From the sequence record PZ295659.1: DNA of 64,000 nt; one strand, 5' to 3'. A model generated the notes under the pieces. It saw only the letters and a program-made list of their open reading frames with translations. It had not been told where the DNA came from and did no database searches. Position 1 is the stretch's first letter; each line of letters opens with the position of its first letter. The position numbers and the translations under genes are program-made. Source of the DNA: a phage. Below are positions 56,068 to 64,000 of this stretch, in pieces.

Positions 56068-56366
56068 TATTTTATTCCTAAGAAAGTTTCAAGAATACGA
56101 ATGTTATGCTCGCGCCGATCTTTGTTAATTTCAGCAACGTTTTTATTAATTGACGTACTTCTAACGTTTGAAGAAATAAATTTAATCATATGGCTTTTGA
56201 GTTGTTGCAAATCTAACCCTTTTTCTTTAGCAGCTTTACGAAGAGCTTTACCTGCTTCATCTAGTGCCTTTGCTGCATCTTTGTCATAATCACCAAGTGA
56301 CATTCCACGGCAGATGTCAATATACTCATCAGACCGTTTGATGTAATTCTCTAGTAATGTTTTCAT
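56067..56366 (-). CDS. hypothetical early protein (99 aa)
   Basis: ORF with consensus early promoter (GTTTAC-N18-TATAAT). Confidence 0.55.
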
Positions 56367-56394
56367 TTAGATTTCCTCAATTATCCATAGGAGC

Positions 56395-56424
56395 ATTATA
56401 CTCTGCTCCCGAGAGTTTGTAAAC
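56395..56424 (-). promoter_or_regulatory. early promoter GTTTAC-N18-TATAAT with inverted repeat (GGGAGCA / TGCTCC)
   Basis: motif. Confidence 0.65.
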
Positions 56425-56648
56425 TATTTTACTAAAGATTCAATATACTCATGAAGAGCTTTAGTCGCTACTGCCCACTTATTCTGATATTCATTTTTCA
56501 GATTAGCACGAGACTGAACTAACAAGCGGTCGTTAGTCGGAGGCAAAGACTCTAATCGTTGAATCTGACGGCCATAAATCATAGCCGCCATTTCAGAGTC
56601 ATAGATAAGTCCTTTAAGGTATTCATGCTGTTCTTTAGTCATTGACAT
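56424..56648 (-). CDS. hypothetical protein (74 aa)
   Basis: ORF. Confidence 0.5.
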   Translation of the reverse strand: MSMTKEQHEYLKGLIYDSEMAAMIYGRQIQRLESLPPTNDRLLVQSRANLKNEYQNKWAVATKALHEYIESLVK

Positions 56649-56929
56649 TTTTCCTCTTTTAAACCACTACGATAATAACATAACATAGTCTTCTGGTCAT
56701 GTACATATCTTTTTACGTCGTTTAACCAGATACGAAATTCTTGAGAGTCTTCAAATGGCATTCCAACCCACGGACTACCATCAATAACCTTTACTTGCCA
56801 TTTCTGGTTATATTCACCAATAGATTCAGGCCATGGCGGATGTAAAGTTTCTTTAGGGCTTAAGGGCACATCCTGGGCACATCCGGCTAAAATGCCAATA
56901 GATAATACAACTGCGGTTAATTTAATCAT
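56639..56929 (-). CDS. outer-membrane spanin (o-spanin lipoprotein, Rz1 equivalent)
   Basis: 96 aa; signal peptide with lipobox LAGC; Pro-rich; overlaps i-spanin gene. Confidence 0.8.
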   Translation of the reverse strand: MIKLTAVVLSIGILAGCAQDVPLSPKETLHPPWPESIGEYNQKWQVKVIDGSPWVGMPFEDSQEFRIWLNDVKRYVHDQKTMLCYYRSGLKEEKCQ

Positions 56930-57282
56930 TCTGAGAGCTTCCTGAGGTCTTCTGCAAAGGAATCGAAGGACCTGTTGATTTGTTTTTCGACCAATCCTGG
57001 TTTACTTGCCACCACGTTCTTCTTCTTCGAATCCTTACGGAGCTTTTCATTTTCGGCCTTAAGTTGGTCAACTAAAACACGGTTCTTATAAGTCATTTCT
57101 TCGATTGACTGATATTGAACCTTGAAGTCGTCTAATACTTTAGCATTGTTTTTAGCGGTCTCTTTGACAGAAGCTAATTCAGTATTCAACGAATCAACTT
57201 TGTTGTTTAAGACAACTATTGTTACCGTAGAAACTAGAGCAAAAGCTGCTACTATAGCGTAAATCGGATTTACTTTAAGCAT
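56926..57282 (-). CDS. inner-membrane spanin (i-spanin, Rz equivalent)
   Basis: 118 aa; N-terminal TM helix then coiled-coil periplasmic domain. Confidence 0.8.
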   Translation of the reverse strand: MLKVNPIYAIVAAFALVSTVTIVVLNNKVDSLNTELASVKETAKNNAKVLDDFKVQYQSIEEMTYKNRVLVDQLKAENEKLRKDSKKKNVVASKPGLVEKQINRSFDSFAEDLRKLSE

Positions 57283-57770
57283 GTTTTAATAATCTCAATG
57301 ATTTCATCTCGGGATAATCCATTGATAAGAACGGTTTTCGGGCCATCACACTGGATTTTGTACGATTCAAACAATACACACAACTCTTCTGCTGTATGAT
57401 ACGGACTTGAAATTCCGAGGCGGTTGAATTTGTCGGTAAGAGGGTCGCAAATAATGTAGAATTTTATACCTGCGATATGTACGTTTGGTTGACTAATATT
57501 AATGAACACATTAGCGTCGTATTTAGTCAAATTGTTTTGAAGAAATTCTACCATGGCATTAACTGCTTCTGGCATCGCTTCACGTTTCTCTTCGGTGTAA
57601 CGTGTTGAATATTCCTTTTGCTTTAACTTCTTTTTAAGATTTTTGGCCAGTGTAACACGTAGGTCAGTAAGATAACCAACTGGACGTCCTTTCTTAAAGA
57701 CTCGGATTCCATCTGTAGAATCACCAAATGCTGCCACAACCATATCGTTAGTAATCAATTGCATATTCAT
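57270..57770 (-). CDS. alc: Alc transcription terminator (host transcription shutoff)
   Basis: 166 aa from internal ATG 57770 with GGAG RBS; position between rnlA and spanins. Confidence 0.75.
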   Translation of the reverse strand: MNMQLITNDMVVAAFGDSTDGIRVFKKGRPVGYLTDLRVTLAKNLKKKLKQKEYSTRYTEEKREAMPEAVNAMVEFLQNNLTKYDANVFINISQPNVHIAGIKFYIICDPLTDKFNRLGISSPYHTAEELCVLFESYKIQCDGPKTVLINGLSRDEIIEIIKTCLK

Positions 57771-57800
57771 AATTTTCTCCTCGTGATGTTGATAAAAGCC

Positions 57801-57830
57801 ATAGTAACACCATCCTTGGTGTTTGTAAAC
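57801..57830 (-). promoter_or_regulatory. early promoter (GTTTAC ... TACTAT) upstream of alc
   Basis: motif. Confidence 0.55.
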
Positions 57831-57832
57831 CA

Positions 57833-58966
<1,134 letters not shown>

Positions 58967-58984
58967 TCAGTTAGTTTTTTTTAA

Positions 58985-59014
58985 ATTGTACCACAATCCT
59001 TGTGGTATGTAAAC
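58985..59014 (-). promoter_or_regulatory. early promoter GTTTAC-N18-TACAAT with inverted repeat (ACCACAA / TTGTGGT) upstream of rnlA
   Basis: motif. Confidence 0.6.
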
Positions 59015-59424
59015 TACTTTTTCTTATGTTGGATATTCCAAGGCGGGTTGAACTTTTTGATAAAAAGCGGTTCTTCAAGGTCCATTGTTGCGATGGTCAT
59101 TGAACCAAGTTCATTGGTGACTGAAAGGTCAAAACATTGGCGGGCCCAGAATTCAACCTTTTTGCCTTGCATTAAGGCATCCAAAATCATAAGTGATTTT
59201 CTTGAATCTGAAGTCTGGTCTTTTCGATTTATGGCTGTTCGATAATAGTTAATGCGTTTCTTTAAATTCTTGGTTTTACCAATATACACAAGTTCGTCAT
59301 CTATAGCAATAGCATATATAACATTTTTCTTATTAGGGGCATCAATGGTTTTAATTGTTGCATCTTCTAATAGCTCCAATTCTATATATTTAATAAAGGA
59401 ATATTCGGCGGCAATATCTTTCAT
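59014..59424 (-). CDS. denA: endonuclease II (GIY-YIG family)
   Basis: 136 aa; GIY-YIG elements VIYAIAI / VYIGKT; near-identical to T4 DenA. Confidence 0.93.
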   Translation of the reverse strand: MKDIAAEYSFIKYIELELLEDATIKTIDAPNKKNVIYAIAIDDELVYIGKTKNLKKRINYYRTAINRKDQTSDSRKSLMILDALMQGKKVEFWARQCFDLSVTNELGSMTIATMDLEEPLFIKKFNPPWNIQHKKK

Positions 59425-59432
59425 AATAAAGT

Positions 59433-59446
59433 GGGACCGAAGTCCC
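59433..59446 (-). terminator. UUCG hairpin between nrdB and denA
   Basis: GGGAC-UUCG-GUCCC on minus transcript. Confidence 0.55.
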
Positions 59447-59450
59447 GTCC

Positions 59451-60629
59451 TTAGAAATATTTTTTGTATGAATTGATTACATTTTGGTCTACATCATTAT
59501 CAATTTGTGCAACAAGATAAGAACTGATTTCAACTTCCTGAGGAGCTGCTTGAACTAAATCAGAGTTCAGATATTCACGAATCCAAGGATAAGGATGTTT
59601 GGTCGGAGCATCAGTAATTGGACACGGCAAACCACACTGTTTCATACGAGACACAGTCAAGTAATCAACAAAAGCACACATACTCTGTGTATTGATACCT
59701 GGACATGTACCGTCTTTAAAGAGATGTGCAGCCCATTCCTTCTCTTGTCTATTTACTTCCATAAAAATGTCAACTGCTTCTTGTTCACATTCTTTAACAA
59801 TTTGAACCCACTCATCACCATCAGTACCAGATTGAAGTTGACGGATAATGTACTGAGTACCCTTGAGGTGGAGTTGTTCGTCACGAGCAATGAACTTCAT
59901 AATCTTTGCATTACCTTCCATAATTTCCATATTTTTATGGAAGTTGAAAGTACATGCAAATGATACGTAAAAACGAATAGCTTCTAAGGCGTTGATAACA
60001 TGCAAACAGAGATAAAGAGACTTCATTAAATCACGCTTAGCAGCGGCTTCTTGCTTAATAGCACGTTCTAATTGAAGGTCTGCATTAATTGACGCTTTGG
60101 CTAGTTCCGTGAATTCTTTCTGGTTTTCCCAATGGCGAGTCTTGACTAGAACATCATCGTAATATTTACCTATTGATTCAGCTCGTTTCATGATTGCTTC
60201 GTCTAATACAATTTCATCAAATACCTTAGATGGATCAGTATAAAGATTTCGCATAATATGAGTATACGAACGAGAGTGAATAGTTTCACTGAATGTCCAT
60301 GTTGCAACCCACGTATCTAATGAAGGGTCAGAAATCAGTGCCATAAGTACCGCAGATGGGGCCCTGCCTTGGATAGAATCTAATAATGATTGATATTTAA
60401 GATTGTTTGTAAAGATGTCCTGTTGGAACTGAGGAAGCTTATTGAACTGCGCAGAGTCCAACATCAAGTTTACCTCTTCAGGACGCCAGAAAAATGATAA
60501 TTGCTTTTCGGTTAAATCTTCAAAAACTTTATGGCGTTGAATATCATAACGCGCAATACCAAGACCAGAACCAAAGAACATCGGTTCATTCAAAACATCG
60601 ACTTGTTGTGTGTTAAAAACTGTACTCAT
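59451..60629 (-). CDS. nrdB: ribonucleotide reductase class Ia beta subunit (intronless)
   Basis: 392 aa continuous ORF. Confidence 0.93.
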   Translation of the reverse strand: MSTVFNTQQVDVLNEPMFFGSGLGIARYDIQRHKVFEDLTEKQLSFFWRPEEVNLMLDSAQFNKLPQFQQDIFTNNLKYQSLLDSIQGRAPSAVLMALISDPSLDTWVATWTFSETIHSRSYTHIMRNLYTDPSKVFDEIVLDEAIMKRAESIGKYYDDVLVKTRHWENQKEFTELAKASINADLQLERAIKQEAAAKRDLMKSLYLCLHVINALEAIRFYVSFACTFNFHKNMEIMEGNAKIMKFIARDEQLHLKGTQYIIRQLQSGTDGDEWVQIVKECEQEAVDIFMEVNRQEKEWAAHLFKDGTCPGINTQSMCAFVDYLTVSRMKQCGLPCPITDAPTKHPYPWIREYLNSDLVQAAPQEVEISSYLVAQIDNDVDQNVINSYKKYF

Positions 60630-60682
60630 TATATTTTCTCACTTAGTTTAACTCATCCATGAGTAAATTATAATCAAAAGTC

Positions 60683-62938
60683 TTAAAGCTTACAAGCAGA
60701 GCAATCTTCAGCTTTAGGTGTTTCTAATTCATAGTCATCTGTACCTGACCCATCACGAGTGTTATGATAGTAGAGGTTTTTTCCACCAAAGTACCAGAAG
60801 TAAAGCAGATCGTCAAGCATTACCGACATTGGCACTTTACCTTTCTCAAATACCGCAGGGTCATAATAAGTATTAGCAGAAGCAGATTGGCACACCCATT
60901 TCAACATGATAGCAACTTGGGTCAAATAAGGTTTATTACCTTTCTTAGCAAGTTTCCACGCGTAGTCGTAAAGACTCATGTTATGTTCGATATTAGGAAC
61001 AACCTGACGGAAGTTACCTTCTTTAGATTCTTTAATACTTACCGGACCACGTGGAGGTTCGATACCGTTTGTAGAGTTTGATACTTGACTGCTTGACTCA
61101 CAAGGCATGAGTGCAGACAACGTCGAGTTACGAATTCCATGTTCTTTGAGTTCAGCTCGAAGTTCTTCCCAGTCACAGACGTAGTTCGGGGCTGCGATTT
61201 GGTCAATCTTTTTATTGTACCAGTCGATAGGTAATTCGCCTCTAGACCATTTAGTATCTGAATAATACTCGCAAGGTCCTTTTTCTTTGGCGAGTTTGAT
61301 TGAAGCTTTAATAAGGCCATATTGCAATCTCTCGAACAATTCATGAGTCAAATCGTTAGCGTCTTCATATGAAGCAAAGTTAGAAGCTAACCATGCAGCA
61401 TAGTTCGTCACACCGACACCGAGATTTCGACGCTTTTTAGCTTTTAAAGCTTCTGGAACCGGATAATCTTGATAGTCTAACAGGTTATCAAGTGCACGTA
61501 CTTGTACTTCAGCAAGTTCATTAATTTTATCTTGGTCTTGCCAATCAAATTTATCTAATACAAAAGCAGATAATGTGCATAAACCAATTTCAGCATCAGG
61601 ACCATTCACATCATTAGTTGGAATAGCGATTTCACAACATAAGTTACTCTGACGAATTGGAGCTTTTTCACGAATAAACGGAGTGTAGTTATTCGTGTTA
61701 TCAACAAACTGTGGATAAATTCGAGCAGTGCCAGAACGTTCAGTCATGAACAATTCAAAGAGTTCTAGTGCTTTGATTCTTTTCTTTCTGATTGTTGGGT
61801 CTTTTTCAGCTTTCTCATAAAGCTCACGGAATTTATCTTGATCTTCAAAGAACGAGTAGTATAGTTCGCCTGACATTTCGTGAGGGCTAAATAAAGTAAT
61901 ATAATCATTTTTACCAAGGCGTTCCATCATGAGGTCATTAATCTGAATTCCGTAGTCCATATGTCGAATACGGTTTTCATCCACGCCTTTGTTATTTTTC
62001 AGAACTAATAGGTTCTCTACTTCTAAGTGCCACATCGGATAATACGCTGTAGCAGCACCACCACGAATACCACCTTGAGAACAAGATTTTACTGCAGTTT
62101 GGAAATGTTTCCAGAATGGAATAACACCAGTATGTCGAACTTCACCCATACCGATCTTAGAACCTTCTGCACGAAGCATACCAACGTTGATACCGATACC
62201 AGCTCGTTTAGAAATATATTCAATAATTGATGCTGAAGTTTTGTTAATAGATTTTAACGAATCACCGGCTTCAATAACTACACAACTAGAGAACTGGCGA
62301 GTCGGAGTACGAGCACCTGCCATAATTGGGGTTGGCAATGAAACTTGATGAGTAGAAACGGCATCATAAAAACGAATAATATGTTTCAAACGGTCATGAG
62401 TTTCGTCTTGATGTAAGGCCATACCGATAGCCATGATAGCAAACTGTGGAGTTTCATAAATCTTACCAGTTGTTTTATCTTTAACCAGGTATTTTTCTTT
62501 AAGCTGCATAGCACCAGCATAAGTCAGATCAAAATCTCGCTCATGTTTAATCCGAGAATCAAGATAAATGATTTCTTCTGCAGAATATCTAGACAACAAC
62601 TCAGGATCATATTTGCCTTCATTAACACAATAAGAAATATGGTCGATAAAAGCAGGCGGTTCAAACTGCCCATATACATCTTTACGAAGTGCAAACATTA
62701 GCCCTTTGGCGGCGACATACTGATAATCAGGTTCTTCGACAGAAATCGAGTTAGCTGCAACTTTAATACAAATCTTCTGAATATCTTTGGTGCTCATCCC
62801 ATCGACAAGATGGGTCTTAATTTCTTCGTATAATTCATATGGGTCAATTTGTGTTCCTTCACATTGCCAAGTTAAAACTTGAATAATTTTCTGTGCATCA
62901 AAATTTTGGGATACACCACTGCTCTTAGTTACTTGCAT
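60683..62938 (-). CDS. nrdA: ribonucleotide reductase class Ia alpha subunit
   Basis: 751 aa; active-site NLCCEIAIPT; C-terminal CSACKL. Confidence 0.95.
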   Translation of the reverse strand: MQVTKSSGVSQNFDAQKIIQVLTWQCEGTQIDPYELYEEIKTHLVDGMSTKDIQKICIKVAANSISVEEPDYQYVAAKGLMFALRKDVYGQFEPPAFIDHISYCVNEGKYDPELLSRYSAEEIIYLDSRIKHERDFDLTYAGAMQLKEKYLVKDKTTGKIYETPQFAIMAIGMALHQDETHDRLKHIIRFYDAVSTHQVSLPTPIMAGARTPTRQFSSCVVIEAGDSLKSINKTSASIIEYISKRAGIGINVGMLRAEGSKIGMGEVRHTGVIPFWKHFQTAVKSCSQGGIRGGAATAYYPMWHLEVENLLVLKNNKGVDENRIRHMDYGIQINDLMMERLGKNDYITLFSPHEMSGELYYSFFEDQDKFRELYEKAEKDPTIRKKRIKALELFELFMTERSGTARIYPQFVDNTNNYTPFIREKAPIRQSNLCCEIAIPTNDVNGPDAEIGLCTLSAFVLDKFDWQDQDKINELAEVQVRALDNLLDYQDYPVPEALKAKKRRNLGVGVTNYAAWLASNFASYEDANDLTHELFERLQYGLIKASIKLAKEKGPCEYYSDTKWSRGELPIDWYNKKIDQIAAPNYVCDWEELRAELKEHGIRNSTLSALMPCESSSQVSNSTNGIEPPRGPVSIKESKEGNFRQVVPNIEHNMSLYDYAWKLAKKGNKPYLTQVAIMLKWVCQSASANTYYDPAVFEKGKVPMSVMLDDLLYFWYFGGKNLYYHNTRDGSGTDDYELETPKAEDCSACKL

Positions 62939-62973
62939 ATAGTCCTCAGTATAGGTTGATAGACATTACTCCA

Positions 62974-62996
62974 AACGGGATAGTATTTATCCCGTT
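62974..62996 (-). promoter_or_regulatory. 8-bp stem / 7-nt loop hairpin in the nrdA 5' leader region
   Basis: AACGGGAU ... AUCCCGUU. Confidence 0.4.
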
Positions 62997-63025
62997 AATT
63001 TATTATAAACTTTTAAACTGAAGCG

Positions 63026-63280
63026 TTAATTATCTTCAGCAATAATTTCTTCGTATTCTTTAGGTGTCAAGACTGTGATATCGAAATAAACCAACGGTTC
63101 TTTTTCTATACCGTAACCACCACAAAATTCACGATAGTCATAAATTCGTTCATGTGAATAGCAAATGAATCGTTCACCTTTAACTGTGATTTCACTATTC
63201 GGTGAAGGGATATCCAGTTCGGTAGGATTTTTCATTTCAAAAATTGTGGTGCCGTATGAATTAATAAAACGTAAAATCAT
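63026..63280 (-). CDS. hypothetical protein (84 aa)
   Basis: ORF between td and nrdA. Confidence 0.55.
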   Translation of the reverse strand: MILRFINSYGTTIFEMKNPTELDIPSPNSEITVKGERFICYSHERIYDYREFCGGYGIEKEPLVYFDITVLTPKEYEEIIAEDN

Positions 63281-63281
63281 T

Positions 63282-64000
63282 TTATACCGCCATTTTAGCT
63301 TTGATAGCTGGATGTGATTCGTAATTTTTAAGAACGAAATCAGAATATGTCATCGTTCCAGTAACCCAGTCCATTTGGATTTTTGTAGGCCAATTCTCAA
63401 AATTACTAGGCCAATTAATTTCAAGAGAACATAACTCTTTAGGTTCACGACGAAGAACTTCTTTGCATTGTTCTACATGATTGCTGTAGATATGCGTGTT
63501 GCCGCCTGAGAACACTAAATCACCTGGGATAAGGTTACACATCTTCGCTACAATATGCGTCAAGGCAGCGTACGAGGCAATGTTGAACGGCAGGCCTAAG
63601 AAAACATCTACACTGCGTTGGTACCATTGTAAATCAAGATGTCCATTACGCACATTAAATTGATAGAACATATGACAAGGAGGAAGAGCCATTTGGTCAA
63701 TTTCGGCCGGGTTCCATGCAGAAACTATTTGACGACGATCATTAGGAAGAGCTTTAATACGGTCGATAGTTTTGACCAATTGGTCTACACCGCCGAAATC
63801 ACGCCATTGCTTACCATAAATAGGACCAAGTTCGCCACTATGATATCCAAGGTCTTTTGCCTGATTTTCATAGTTATCGTCCCAAATAGTTTTACCTTGA
63901 ATAAGACTACCATGAGTACGAATACGCAAATCATTAACATTGGTAGAACCAGACATGAACCACAGCAACTCGGCAATACAAGCTTTCCATGCAAGCTTCT
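63282..64000 (-). CDS. td: thymidylate synthase, C-terminal ~239 codons (5' end outside window; no intron in this part)
   Basis: active-site ALPPCHMFYQF; continuous frame to window edge. Confidence 0.93.
   Translation of the reverse strand, partial: KLAWKACIAELLWFMSGSTNVNDLRIRTHGSLIQGKTIWDDNYENQAKDLGYHSGELGPIYGKQWRDFGGVDQLVKTIDRIKALPNDRRQIVSAWNPAEIDQMALPPCHMFYQFNVRNGHLDLQWYQRSVDVFLGLPFNIASYAALTHIVAKMCNLIPGDLVFSGGNTHIYSNHVEQCKEVLRREPKELCSLEINWPSNFENWPTKIQMDWVTGTMTYSDFVLKNYESHPAIKAKMAV

Noticed and set aside
63282-64000. Searched td and nrdB for group I intron interruptions
   Set aside because: Both reading frames are continuous across the regions where T4 introns sit; no in-frame stops or intron-like structured insert.

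Overview
This window is a contiguous segment of a T4-type (Tevenvirinae-like) myovirus genome, recognised by direct reading of the translated ORFs and by conserved T4 gene order. Positions 1-28257 are an almost gap-free plus-strand late morphogenesis block: baseplate (53 fragment, 5, 5.1, 5.4, 6-11), short tail fibre 12, fibritin wac, neck 13-15, terminase 16/17, sheath 18, tube 19, portal 20, prohead core 67/68, protease 21, scaffold 22 and major capsid 23. Then come 24, rnlB, hoc, inh, uvsW/uvsW.1, uvsY, 25, 26, 51, 27, 28, 29, 48, 54, alt and DNA ligase 30. The last ~16 kb is a minus-strand early/middle region: rIII, 31, cd, pseT, spanins, alc, rnlA, denA, nrdB, nrdA and a td fragment, interspersed with small accessory ORFs. 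No tRNA, rRNA, CRISPR array, transposon or integrase was found. Regulatory punctuation is typical for T4: TATAAATA late promoters, GTTTAC-N17/18-TAnnAT early promoters carrying inverted repeats, MotA-box middle promoters and UUCG/GNRA tetraloop hairpins. The most notable accessory content is a class-I DAHP synthase gene coupled to dCMP deaminase, a NADAR/YbiA-like plus HAD-like gene pair near alt/ligase, an 89-aa antisense early ORF between capsid genes 23 and 24, and several small-ORF islets of unknown function. All homology calls are from reading motifs by eye; no database search was run.
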